Origin: a virus
DNA: 64,000 nucleotides
Reading direction: 5' to 3' (one strand)
Virus record (IMG/VR): IMGVR_UViG_3300017746_000001
Coordinates: 32,001-96,000 of that record
A model generated the notes under the pieces. That model had not been told where the DNA came from. It saw nothing but the letters and a program-made list of their open reading frames with translations, and made no database searches. This document shows, piece after piece, positions 10,257 to 20,124 of the stretch (position 1 is the first letter of the stretch; each line of letters starts with the position of its first letter). Made by a program: the position numbers and the translations under genes.

Positions 10257-10853
10257 TTAATCCACCAACCATAGTTTACCATCTGCTCTTTCTTCTATCT
10301 TCCAATCGCCACCAAGTATCATCATTATTCTATCATAACCAGGAGGAGGGCAAGTCACATACAACTTAGGTGGATCTCCACCCTCTTCTCCAAAATGATG
10401 TATGTAGTCGTCTTGCTCGCCATTCTTGTTAGTCTTACCAGATGTGTAGCCTATGAACGGGCAATCCCCCTCTCCTAGTGCCACTAAAGGACTGTTCTCA
10501 TCAGGAAGCCAAACTGTCTTTGATACGATTTCCGTTGGTTCTGCACCGTTGAATTGCCTATACAGGTCTATTGCATCACCATCGACTTTTGTTTTCTTGG
10601 ATTTCTTTTTTCCTCCAAGATGAGGATTCAACTTGGCCTTTACCTTCTTAGTTGGTAAAATCCACTTCTTTGATATTTTGTTGGGTGCTGTGCCGTCTTT
10701 GAAATTGACATCGTGGCCCCAGGACTTGAGTCCTCTGCAAAGAGCTTCTAATCCGAGTAAGTGGTGTGTGGCGTTAGAGTTGCCATCGAATGTGACTATG
10801 AAATCACCGTTCTTCTCTTCCATAGTCACCTCCCACTTCGACTTCTTTGCCAT
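10257..10853 (-). CDS. Hypothetical virion-associated protein
   Basis: 198 aa; SD GAGGTGA; KLNP motif followed by a YxxFxG..P / YIHHF domain. Confidence 0.75.
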   Translation of the reverse strand: MAKKSKWEVTMEEKNGDFIVTFDGNSNATHHLLGLEALCRGLKSWGHDVNFKDGTAPNKISKKWILPTKKVKAKLNPHLGGKKKSKKTKVDGDAIDLYRQFNGAEPTEIVSKTVWLPDENSPLVALGEGDCPFIGYTSGKTNKNGEQDDYIHHFGEEGGDPPKLYVTCPPPGYDRIMMILGGDWKIEERADGKLWLVD

Positions 10854-10857
10854 TATA

Positions 10858-13800
10858 TCACCTCATTTCGTATTTTGCACCGCAGTCGTGGCACTTGTAT
10901 ATCCTGCCATTCTTCATCAATTTCACTTCGCTACCACATGGCTTGCTTCGCTTGGTTTTCTTGTAAGTGCATTTCAATTTGGGAGATGATTCCGCCCTAC
11001 TTGTGTATTCTCCTGACTTGAATTTATCATGGCCGCACTTCTCGCACTTGTCTTTGAGGCTTTTCATCGTCTGCCTGTGTCCACATTTTTGACATTCTGC
11101 AGTTATTGGGTTGCTCTTTGGAGGTTTAGTCATCTTGATAGCGTCTGCAGTAGCGATCAGAGTCAGAGTAACTGTTTGCGAAATCATCTCGTAGTCTACT
11201 TTCAAGTTGGCAACAGCGTTGCCTCCTTTTGCTTTCGCTCTGTCAGAGAGTTCTTGTTGCATACTTGCTATAGCCATAGCCATTCTTTTTTCGGCCATTG
11301 ATGTCCTTCCACCAATAAGTCCTCGGTATATGCCTTGAACTGTCTCGCCAATATCTTTTACGAAGTTTCTTCCGATTTGGACTTCGGATGAAACCAGGCC
11401 TTTGTTAGTGAACTTAGATGATGGCGCACCTGCGTAAATAGGGAGAACATTTGCGGGGTTGCTCTTTACCTCGCCTCGAGCGAATTTATTTTGAAAACTC
11501 TTTGAGAATTTTGGTTTTGACTGAGGTATCGTATTGAATCCTTTCTTGTTGGCTTTACCTATTTCTTTTTGAGATACTACGATATACACATTCCCCTTTT
11601 GCATTATCACATATTCTTGACCGTGTTCTGCCGCCACCATATCTTGTAGTGCTTTGGCATGATTTAATCCATTTGCTTGAAGAGAGGCAGGTAAAGGAGG
11701 GTTTTTCTTAGTTGGTCCTTTACCAAAATCCACATCACCACTTGACTTTATGAAACCAATTAATTTCTCTTTATTTTCTTTGTCATATCGGTCTACATCT
11801 TTCCAAAACTCGTATAATTTAAGGGGGCTTCCGGCTACTGCTTTATATTGTTCTGCAAGTTCCATTACTTTAGTCATGTCTCCTGTTCCCATTGCGTCCT
11901 TGCCTGATAGGAGGGCTCCCGTATTTGTCTCTACGGTGCTGTCATCTTCTTCGGTGGCTTCTGCTTCCTCTTCTTTTCTATCCGCTTCTGCCTTAGAGGT
12001 CCACTGGTCGAATTCTTCGAATACTGGGCCTGAGTTTGATTGGAAGTCTATTCCGGCCTGGCCTATTTTTCCGAGTAAATCGCTAGGAAGGCCAGGGCGC
12101 TCTCCGGAGTCTCCTTCCCATGTGTCTTTCCACAATTTCTTCGCATATTCTTTGTTCTCTTTTTTAGTCTTCGCCGCATCATCGGATTTATTATGATAGG
12201 CTGCAAGCTTCCTAAAGAAGTTGATTTTTTTATCATAGTCTAGAATATCTTGTGAAAGTTCTGTGCCGTATGGCATGATGCTTGCCCTGCTCGTTACCCC
12301 TAGACCTTCGATTGCTCTCTCTGCAATACTAGGTTCTTCAACCGCAGGCTCCGTATCACCTAGAGGGTTAAGCATAGTGTAAAGCAACAGAGTCTCTGCT
12401 TCTTTCAGATCATAGTTGTATAGTGACTTCGCTCTAGCGGCAATGATGAATAATAAGTCAAGGCCGTTAATCCTTCCTTGTGGGTCTTGTGCTACTTCTG
12501 CATACTCATCTAATATTTGCATTGTTGGGATGACCCATTTCGAACTCCAACCCTTCGGTTGTTTTCTAAATCCGCCCGAGAATAGAGGCACCAAGTAAAA
12601 TCCACTCGTGCCTTTAATCGGGAACGCTAGTTGCATTTTCACTAATTCATCCATCTTTCTTTTCTTAATTTTCATATTTTTTTGGTTATCATTACCATCA
12701 ACACCTCCTACAAGGAAGAGGTCTTCGAATGATTCTCCATCGACTCTGTCATTATTCGCCCTGTCTAAACTATAATTGATATTTCTACGAATGTTTGCTG
12801 ATGTGATTTTTTCTGCAGCGCCGAAATCCCTGAATCCAATGTCAATCACGCCTTTTGTAGATTCGAATGCCCTTGAGGACGCATTGAAGATTGCCTTTGC
12901 CGCCTCATTTTCATTTTGATTAAAGGCTGCAAGTAGTCTGTTTGCAGATTTTTCCGCGTTTTGTCTAACGAACACAGGTGTTGGGGTTGAATCTTTTTTT
13001 GACGGAGAGACTTCTCCAAGGAGGAAGTCCCACCATGCATTATATTTGGGTTTCTTTGGAGGCCTTTGGTTTTGCCCTAGGTCAAATATGTAGTGTATTA
13101 CATGAGGCTCTGTCATATTGACTGCAGTAGGAGCTATACTGTTCAGGAACTTTTCATTCAAACCTTTTGACTCACTTTGAGTGCCGAGATAAGGCGATAT
13201 TTTTTGCAAATATGGCACATTGTTTAGCCTTGTACCGTGATATGCATTAATTATCCTCGCGAAATCTTTCTGTGTTCTTTCTGTCCTGTCTATGTATTTT
13301 TCATGTCCCTTCAACAAACCGTCAATAAGTGTTTCACGGCTTATTCCTGTAGTTTCTAGATAATTGTCAATCTGTTCTCCACTTACTTCTCCAGGTACTC
13401 CGATTAATCTTGCCATGTCTTCATAACTATTGTAAATTCTAGTTCTGATTTGATCTCTAAGTTGTCTTGCATTTTTAGATGAGACAACTTCGGAACTTGT
13501 AGGTTTGAATCCACGAATTTGCGCTCTTATCCTCTTGTCTGTCGAACCCCTTAGTTTGATAGGTCGAGCAGATGGTGATTTGAAACCGGAAGTAATCTCT
13601 GCCATAGTACGGAATGTCCCTGCTTCATTCATCCTTTTTGCTTGATCTATCTTAGCCATATCGGGAAATAACTTTCTAGATAATTCAGATGACTCGAATC
13701 TTTCTACGGCCTCTGTCGCTTTAGTAGCACTTTCTTCTTCGCTCTCGAAAGGATTGTTCAAAATTATTTTTTCGCTTGGTAAGATGTATATTTTGTCTTC

Positions 13801-14064
13801 GTTGATTACTGCATTCATAGCAGACATCAAATCTATTTCTGTGAGGACTGTCATATCTTTTTTCTTGTTGTATCTCCCTTTTGCTATGACAGTTTCATTA
13901 TTTTGGAATCTGTCGCTTGTCAAAGAGCCCCCATGACCCTTTCTCTTTATTTCATCTCTCTTCATGGCTAATATCGGCATGAAAGCGGCAATTTTCCTGT
14001 CTTTGATTTTATCTCTTTCTTTCCTTGAGAAATTCAGAGGAGTTATTCGCCCTTTTACATTCAT
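10858..14064 (-). CDS. Multi-domain protein with YbjQ (UPF0145)-like domain and C-terminal Zn ribbons
   Basis: 1068 aa; GLVSSEV.IGRNFVKD..GGR..AKAKGGNAV..L..DYE..ATADA is YbjQ-like; CxxC pairs at the C-terminus; NP motifs at module boundaries. Confidence 0.75.
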   Translation of the reverse strand: MNVKGRITPLNFSRKERDKIKDRKIAAFMPILAMKRDEIKRKGHGGSLTSDRFQNNETVIAKGRYNKKKDMTVLTEIDLMSAMNAVINEDKIYILPSEKIILNNPFESEEESATKATEAVERFESSELSRKLFPDMAKIDQAKRMNEAGTFRTMAEITSGFKSPSARPIKLRGSTDKRIRAQIRGFKPTSSEVVSSKNARQLRDQIRTRIYNSYEDMARLIGVPGEVSGEQIDNYLETTGISRETLIDGLLKGHEKYIDRTERTQKDFARIINAYHGTRLNNVPYLQKISPYLGTQSESKGLNEKFLNSIAPTAVNMTEPHVIHYIFDLGQNQRPPKKPKYNAWWDFLLGEVSPSKKDSTPTPVFVRQNAEKSANRLLAAFNQNENEAAKAIFNASSRAFESTKGVIDIGFRDFGAAEKITSANIRRNINYSLDRANNDRVDGESFEDLFLVGGVDGNDNQKNMKIKKRKMDELVKMQLAFPIKGTSGFYLVPLFSGGFRKQPKGWSSKWVIPTMQILDEYAEVAQDPQGRINGLDLLFIIAARAKSLYNYDLKEAETLLLYTMLNPLGDTEPAVEEPSIAERAIEGLGVTSRASIMPYGTELSQDILDYDKKINFFRKLAAYHNKSDDAAKTKKENKEYAKKLWKDTWEGDSGERPGLPSDLLGKIGQAGIDFQSNSGPVFEEFDQWTSKAEADRKEEEAEATEEDDSTVETNTGALLSGKDAMGTGDMTKVMELAEQYKAVAGSPLKLYEFWKDVDRYDKENKEKLIGFIKSSGDVDFGKGPTKKNPPLPASLQANGLNHAKALQDMVAAEHGQEYVIMQKGNVYIVVSQKEIGKANKKGFNTIPQSKPKFSKSFQNKFARGEVKSNPANVLPIYAGAPSSKFTNKGLVSSEVQIGRNFVKDIGETVQGIYRGLIGGRTSMAEKRMAMAIASMQQELSDRAKAKGGNAVANLKVDYEMISQTVTLTLIATADAIKMTKPPKSNPITAECQKCGHRQTMKSLKDKCEKCGHDKFKSGEYTSRAESSPKLKCTYKKTKRSKPCGSEVKLMKNGRIYKCHDCGAKYEMR

Positions 14065-16433
14065 TTTTTAGCCCCCCATCTAAGTGCTACTGGACCCATT
14101 TTCTTGCCACCCGATAGTCTAGCATCATATACTAGGCTACCATTTAGTTGTACTTGAGAAACATACAAGTTGCTTGCGTTTTCTATTCCAGGTGAATGAC
14201 CTTCTGATTGGAATTGTTTCGCTACACCTCGGTTGTAATTTACCTTTTTTGATTTGACTAACGGATCGTATGAACCCTTTACAGTTAAGTCTTTGACGAA
14301 AGTTAGATTTCCGAAATCTCTTTCTATTCGCTTGAGGAGTTTTCTGACTTGTGCTGTTGACTTTGAGCCTTTGCTAGCTACAAGCCTACCCGATGAAAGG
14401 TCGTGCTTGGCTAAAATTCTAGGGAGAATGATTCTGTGAGGCACTAAGTTCCCGTTGTCCTTTCTCTTAGCATAGAGAATTTGCATCTTAGGATGACCTT
14501 TGTCCACTTGGTTTCCACTTTTGTCTAATGCGGCTTGCAATAGTTGTTTGGAACCGTACTTCTTACCTCGCCACCTTAGTTTGTCCGGTATTTGCCCTTT
14601 GCCATAGTTATCATACAATTGCTTCAAATCCTCTTCCTTCACTACCTTTTTTAGATACTTCATAGATGGGTGCTTTTCGGTTAGAGTTTTCACATCTATT
14701 TGACTTCTTGGCACTACATCAATTGCTATGGCCTTACCTATTGCCCCCCTAGGGTTCTTCTTCACCTTGCCCCTTCCAGTCTCGGTTTGTCTCAAATCAA
14801 TTTCTCCACCAATTTCTGTGGCGGAATCTACTTCTTCTACTAATGCGGCATCTGTGAATGCGTCGCTGTAATTCTTCGCTCTCCCTAGATCTTCGACGAA
14901 GAAATCAGTAGGCAATATATAAAATGAATCTTCTTTCGCAATTGATGTCGGCCATTTCTTACCAGGCACCTTCCTCAAAGTTACTGTTAGAGTACCTTTT
15001 GGAACTAGGAAGTCGTTTTCTATACCTACTGAAAGGTTGGCGTGTATGATGAACCGTAGAGAAATCGAATCTTGATTAGGCCATTTTGAGAATATTTTTT
15101 TTTCAGGCGTGGATTTACCAGTCAATGCCGCATGGAAAATTGGGATCCAATTTGTTGTGAGATAATTTGCACTTGGTTTGATTGCTGTCAACCCCAATGT
15201 ACCTCTAGTGTTTTTGGTTTTAGCGATTTCAATGTTATCGTTACTGCCTCCCATTGCTAAGTTGCTTTGGTTTGCTGTTTTCATCACTTCATGCATTTTT
15301 GTTGATTTCCAACCATCTCTTGTCGGAGGCATCGACATATCTAGTGATACTAGCAAGGGCTCTGGACTTCCTTTGAATGAGATTTTCGCCTTGTTACTGT
15401 TGTTGTTGTTGTTGTTGTTGTTGCCGCCACCGCCACGATTACGATTGTGACTACTAGAAGCACTACGCCGATTGGCGACACTACCAGGGAGGTATGTCAA
15501 GGAAGATGCGGTGATTACGAACATATCCTTCAATCCTGTTTGGAATGTACTCAGATCCATTCCGTATTCATCTTGTATCGCATCTAGATTTTTCCTAGCA
15601 GTTCCTATTTCTCCCTTCTCGAATGCCTCAACAGCGTTTTTCGCTAGTTCGAATGCTTGGAAAATATGAGTCCCTATACCTTTTCCACTCGATGTCACTA
15701 TGTTTTTTGAGCTTTGAGAAAGTGCGATACTGAATTTCTGTAGGTTGCCATCCATAACAAGTCTCTTTAGGGCTTGAATTGCATCTATTTCCGAATCTTC
15801 CATCGGTTCTGGTCTTGGAAATATTTGCTCGCCAATTTGAGGGTCGTCTAATGTTATCTGAGCTATTGTATATCTGTTGTAAGAATTTACAGGCAGATTA
15901 TTTAGAATTCTTATATGAAGCCCAGGTAAGTCGTGAATATCTAGACCTCTGAAAGATTCCATCTTCTTAGAGAAATCTGGACATTGCGATATTATTTCTT
16001 TGTCCCAAGAAAGGTCAGAGACTTCGTTTCCTATTCTGAGTACACTCTTTTCGTTTGCACCCGTAATCATCCAGTATAGAAAATCCCCTATTACAGCCGC
16101 TTCGAATCTGTCATATCCATCCGGCACTTGAGACAAGTAGTTTGCATGGTCTCTATCACTATTGGACCAATCCTCTGCAAACTCGAACAATGTTTCCCTA
16201 ACAATTACAGGTAATTTTTCTGTATTGCTGTAATTCTTGATTTGTTTTTGTGTCAGAGAGTTTATCATGCCATACAAGTCATCTATTACAGGATATTTCG
16301 ATACTGTTGCTAGAGTTCTTTCCCTTCCTGGTTTTTTCAGCAATTTTGTTTTACTGAATGCCTTCGGTTGTTTATCATAGAATCTTTCTGAGTCTCCTAC
16401 CGGATTCTTCTTGATGACTTTCTTCCTTGGCAT
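14061..16433 (-). CDS. Hypothetical protein with KKNP motifs and a poly-Gly/Asn linker
   Basis: 790 aa ORF; basic C-terminal module after VKKNP. Confidence 0.8.
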   Translation of the reverse strand: MPRKKVIKKNPVGDSERFYDKQPKAFSKTKLLKKPGRERTLATVSKYPVIDDLYGMINSLTQKQIKNYSNTEKLPVIVRETLFEFAEDWSNSDRDHANYLSQVPDGYDRFEAAVIGDFLYWMITGANEKSVLRIGNEVSDLSWDKEIISQCPDFSKKMESFRGLDIHDLPGLHIRILNNLPVNSYNRYTIAQITLDDPQIGEQIFPRPEPMEDSEIDAIQALKRLVMDGNLQKFSIALSQSSKNIVTSSGKGIGTHIFQAFELAKNAVEAFEKGEIGTARKNLDAIQDEYGMDLSTFQTGLKDMFVITASSLTYLPGSVANRRSASSSHNRNRGGGGNNNNNNNNSNKAKISFKGSPEPLLVSLDMSMPPTRDGWKSTKMHEVMKTANQSNLAMGGSNDNIEIAKTKNTRGTLGLTAIKPSANYLTTNWIPIFHAALTGKSTPEKKIFSKWPNQDSISLRFIIHANLSVGIENDFLVPKGTLTVTLRKVPGKKWPTSIAKEDSFYILPTDFFVEDLGRAKNYSDAFTDAALVEEVDSATEIGGEIDLRQTETGRGKVKKNPRGAIGKAIAIDVVPRSQIDVKTLTEKHPSMKYLKKVVKEEDLKQLYDNYGKGQIPDKLRWRGKKYGSKQLLQAALDKSGNQVDKGHPKMQILYAKRKDNGNLVPHRIILPRILAKHDLSSGRLVASKGSKSTAQVRKLLKRIERDFGNLTFVKDLTVKGSYDPLVKSKKVNYNRGVAKQFQSEGHSPGIENASNLYVSQVQLNGSLVYDARLSGGKKMGPVALRWGAKK

Positions 16434-16443
16434 TGTATCACAC

Positions 16444-17775
16444 TCACAGGTCAGTAATTATTTCGTCAGTTGGTGCTGTCCAATCCATAACGGGGGTCTG
16501 TCTTTTTCTTCTCATCTTCTTGTCTGCGAATTTGTATTTCTGCCTTGTAGCATACATCTTGGAGATAAAGTAAAATCCTAATCCGGCTACTGCTATTCCT
16601 CCAAATGTAGTATGATTTGGATTGTTATTCGTCCAACCCGCAGTTCTCATAGGGGATGAGTAAAGTGCCTCATTCTTTTTTTCATGCATGGCTGCAAGTT
16701 TACCTGCCGCTTTGTGCCGTTGTGACGAGTGTTCTTCGTTTGTAACTAAGTGAGTATTTGGACTTCTAGGGTCGAATGGAGTAAACACGCTTGTGTTCGA
16801 GCTTTGCGCCCCTTGAGGTGTAGGGCCACGATAATTTGCGTTTTCCATTCCACTTACCCTTATCCCGTCGCCCGAATTATGTGTTGAGCCTAATTGAGAT
16901 ATTCTATGTTGGCGGCCAGAAGATACGAACATACCTCCTGCAAGAGTGGTTTGGGCCGCTTCTCTGTTTAGCAGAGACATTGCTTTATCCAATACTCTGT
17001 CCATTTGCCCCAGTATTATTGAAGGATCACTACTGAATTGTTTTATTGAAGCCATCTGTTCTGTAAATATACTACCTTTTCCAAGTAAATTTTCTATTTG
17101 CTGATAATCACCGTATGGAATTAGCGACTGTTTCTTTGATGACTTGGCTTCTGCAAGAATCATCTCTCTCGTAGTCATACGCTCGGCTACTTCTCCTTTC
17201 ATTGCAACAGCCTCAGCACCCTTAGAGGATGCGATTAGAGTCGCTTCTAGTCCTTCCAAAGCGGCCTTTGAGTTTGCAATCGCTATTTGCTTATCTTCAA
17301 TCGTACCGAATGCAGGAACCATTGAGAGCGCTTTATCTCTTGCTCTATCTATTGTACGGAGATCGTGGTCAGTCATACTTTGGAGCCCTGCTGAGTGTAT
17401 TGAAAGTAATTTATTCCATCCACCAATCAGGCTTTCTGTCACATCTTTCAACGGAATAACTCCCGATTGTGTAGCACCAAGTAAGAATAAATCGTGTTTG
17501 CTGTTGTGAGTAAGAGACAAGTCTGAAAGTATTCTTTCAATTTCATTTTTAGCATCTAACCATAGAGATTCACTACCTAGTAAATCTGCTCCTTCTGAAG
17601 CTACTGCCCATTCGGCTACTATGGCCTCAACTGCGTTTAATCTATCTGTTCCAACATACTGCCCTACACCTAATCTGGAGGCCATATTGTTGACTTCTGC
17701 CATCTTTGTTTCTATGGCTGTGTCTGCACTCATGTTATGCGCATAGGGGTATAGAGGATAAACTCGACCCGTCAC
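16444..17775 (-). CDS. Putative membrane-anchored structural protein
   Basis: 443 aa, GTG start; C-terminal TM segment (FGGIAVAGLGFYFI); N-terminus identical to that of the transglutaminase-like gene. Confidence 0.75.
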   Translation of the reverse strand: MTGRVYPLYPYAHNMSADTAIETKMAEVNNMASRLGVGQYVGTDRLNAVEAIVAEWAVASEGADLLGSESLWLDAKNEIERILSDLSLTHNSKHDLFLLGATQSGVIPLKDVTESLIGGWNKLLSIHSAGLQSMTDHDLRTIDRARDKALSMVPAFGTIEDKQIAIANSKAALEGLEATLIASSKGAEAVAMKGEVAERMTTREMILAEAKSSKKQSLIPYGDYQQIENLLGKGSIFTEQMASIKQFSSDPSIILGQMDRVLDKAMSLLNREAAQTTLAGGMFVSSGRQHRISQLGSTHNSGDGIRVSGMENANYRGPTPQGAQSSNTSVFTPFDPRSPNTHLVTNEEHSSQRHKAAGKLAAMHEKKNEALYSSPMRTAGWTNNNPNHTTFGGIAVAGLGFYFISKMYATRQKYKFADKKMRRKRQTPVMDWTAPTDEIITDL

Positions 17776-17786
17776 ACCGTTACGGT
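17740..17786. repeat. 47-bp exact direct repeat, copy 1
   Basis: cgcataggggtatagaggataaactcgacccgtcacaccgttacggt, identical to 29040-29086. Confidence 0.95.
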
Positions 17787-18415
17787 GTTAATATTAATGG
17801 AGCGACAGTTGGAATGTAAAATGATGCGATATAACCCATTAAAAGCAATAATCCAATAGGAATTATGCCCATAAGAGGGTCTGCTAGGAATCGGAACAAC
17901 GGCAACCCTCCATAATCAGGTTTTCCGTCTTGATCTATGTCTAAATCTATATTGGTAAAGGCTTGAATTGGGGTTTGAGCCCAATCGGGAATCGGTAGGT
18001 CTTTTCTTGCGAAGTCATGGACTGTGTATCTTCCCCCTCCGTCTGTTGAATAAGGCCAAATCACCGTAGGATAGTATGTCGAGAAAGGCGCAACGATTTT
18101 CTTTTTCTGCCCATTCTTGAGTATGTGACCATCGTATGGACTTAATTTGTAATCCTTGAACATTGAAAATATATTCTTCGAGTCTCTAGCCGCATCTGTC
18201 TTTGAGAGCATCGTTACTGTCGTAGCCCCCCTTGAGACATCATCCACCCATGTCCTGTCACTAGGACTTGGTATAACACCTATGAGTTTGCTAACTGCAT
18301 CCTCTACTGATACTTGTATTGGGCCATAGCCGAATTCTCTTTTGTATAGGTGATTTATTGTATCAACCACATCTGACGCTTCATCAGAAAATTCCTCTCT
18401 AACCTTGTTAAACAA
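17780..18415 (-). CDS. Membrane protein
   Basis: 211 aa; DIDQDGKPD Ca-binding-like loop and a C-terminal TM segment. Confidence 0.75.
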   Translation of the reverse strand: MFNKVREEFSDEASDVVDTINHLYKREFGYGPIQVSVEDAVSKLIGVIPSPSDRTWVDDVSRGATTVTMLSKTDAARDSKNIFSMFKDYKLSPYDGHILKNGQKKKIVAPFSTYYPTVIWPYSTDGGGRYTVHDFARKDLPIPDWAQTPIQAFTNIDLDIDQDGKPDYGGLPLFRFLADPLMGIIPIGLLLLMGYIASFYIPTVAPLILTP

Positions 18416-18426
18416 TGCATCATCCC

Positions 18427-19086
18427 CTAATCACCAGCAGTCACTTCAATTATTTCATCGGGTATGTCTGCTGCTGCTGCAAATAAGTTAGGTAATGATT
18501 TTCTTACAGCGAAAGAAACAGCGATTATTCCTAAAGGAACATACACAAGATTCCAAGTCCCTGCTAGTGCGTTGAATCCTGTCCTTACCCAGAAGTTATC
18601 GACTTCGTGCGCTTCGTATCTTGAACCGTCTTTCTGAGAGAATATATTCCATAGTCCAGGCATATAATCTGCTGCAGAGGTCCTAGATACTGTTGAAGGG
18701 AATATTTCTTCCGAAATAGAATTTATCCAATCCGTCCTTCCCTTTTGTGCTTGTTTGTAAAAGTATAGTGAGTCGAAGTCCTGTCCTGGAATCATTTTTG
18801 CCCATCCAGGATTCAGTAAGAGAGAATCGGCATTCAAGGGATCTGTGGGGTCTAGCATCCCTGGCGCATTTGCTGATGGGTCTTTTGGCGCACCGTCTTC
18901 GTTAGGGTCTACTGCGAATTCTAACCATGACCGAGGTTGAGGCATTGCATCAAGTCTCATCAAAAATGCACTATCTGTCTCCCCTGAAATTAGTTCTGCG
19001 TTGCTAAGGGCATCTTGCCTTGCTTCGGTTTCGTTTTGCCATGCTAAATATTGGTCTATCTTGTAAGGACTCATTGTTTGTGCCAT
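18427..19086 (-). CDS. Membrane protein
   Basis: 219 aa; hydrophobic C-terminal segment. Confidence 0.75.
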   Translation of the reverse strand: MAQTMSPYKIDQYLAWQNETEARQDALSNAELISGETDSAFLMRLDAMPQPRSWLEFAVDPNEDGAPKDPSANAPGMLDPTDPLNADSLLLNPGWAKMIPGQDFDSLYFYKQAQKGRTDWINSISEEIFPSTVSRTSAADYMPGLWNIFSQKDGSRYEAHEVDNFWVRTGFNALAGTWNLVYVPLGIIAVSFAVRKSLPNLFAAAADIPDEIIEVTAGD

Positions 19087-19451
19087 TATCTTTGCCTCCC
19101 GTATGCTTGGTCAAAAGATGTACCGCTAAAGGTTTGATACACCTCTGGAGATTCGTTTCTCAATACTGAAAACGCTGTTGCCCATAATGCTAGTTCTTCT
19201 AGTGGTTTTAGACTTCTGGAATATTTGAAAAATTGTTCTTTTTTGACAGACCGAGCATCATCTAAGGTCATTAAAGTAGCTAATGCTAACAATCCTGTAT
19301 AGGGGTTGATTGTTCCTTCGAAAACGAATCGTTGCGGATTGACTAACAAATTCGACAGGGCAAATCCGACTAGAGGGAAGGCAGGAATCATCTTTCCTAC
19401 TTTTCCTAGCTTGGTCATCTTCCTCACCTTCCTTGTCTTTACTTCACTCAT
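19086..19451 (-). CDS. Small membrane protein
   Basis: 121 aa; two hydrophobic stretches. Confidence 0.7.
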   Translation of the reverse strand: MSEVKTRKVRKMTKLGKVGKMIPAFPLVGFALSNLLVNPQRFVFEGTINPYTGLLALATLMTLDDARSVKKEQFFKYSRSLKPLEELALWATAFSVLRNESPEVYQTFSGTSFDQAYGRQR

Positions 19452-19455
19452 CTAA

Positions 19456-20124
19456 TCACCCCGCTATGAATCCCATCGTGTCTGGATCTTCCGGCTCGAC
19501 TATAGGAGCGTAGAGAATGTCACTTACTGGCTTGCCATCCCATTCCAGCGCACCTAACGAATCGAATGCCTTTGTTCTTCCAAGCCCTTTGTCCACATCA
19601 TTTCTGCCTTGCCCATAAACGCCTTGACTAACGCCTGTTGATTGACCTTGAGATTGACCTTGAGATTGAGAAGTAGTGGCTTGCATCGTCGAGCTTGTTG
19701 TCTTGTACTCGACTTGGCCGATTTGAGCAGGGTAGCGGTTCAACCAGAGGCCGATTGGGTCCTCCGAGTATAACCATCCCTTCCCACTACTTGTGGAGTC
19801 TATTCGAGGTAAAGCACCCCCGCCCTTCAAAGCAGTTGTCACACGATCTAATGCTGCATCTATGCCTGCAGTAACACGCAGGGACATTCCTGAATATAAT
19901 GCACCATCGAAATCCTTCTTGATTAGTGTCTTCCCTAAAAATGTGTCTTGTCTTCTCAATTCGTGCTTTGTCTGTTCAATCCATCTTTCTATATCGGGTA
20001 TCGAAGATGCTCCTGGTACGATTTGACCCCCTTCTATAGTGGATTCGGACTGTATTACGAATGTTTCAGTCGCTACTACTTCCCCAGAAGAATTCTTAAT
20101 GACTGCTCGGACTGTTTTACTCAT
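19456..20124 (-). CDS. Hypothetical protein
   Basis: 222 aa; SQGQ repeats; coupled to the upstream gene. Confidence 0.75.
   Translation of the reverse strand: MSKTVRAVIKNSSGEVVATETFVIQSESTIEGGQIVPGASSIPDIERWIEQTKHELRRQDTFLGKTLIKKDFDGALYSGMSLRVTAGIDAALDRVTTALKGGGALPRIDSTSSGKGWLYSEDPIGLWLNRYPAQIGQVEYKTTSSTMQATTSQSQGQSQGQSTGVSQGVYGQGRNDVDKGLGRTKAFDSLGALEWDGKPVSDILYAPIVEPEDPDTMGFIAG

Noticed and set aside
15391-15435. (GTT)n / (GCC)n microsatellite
   Set aside because: In-frame poly-Asn/Gly linker; triplet unit, so no phase-variation signal
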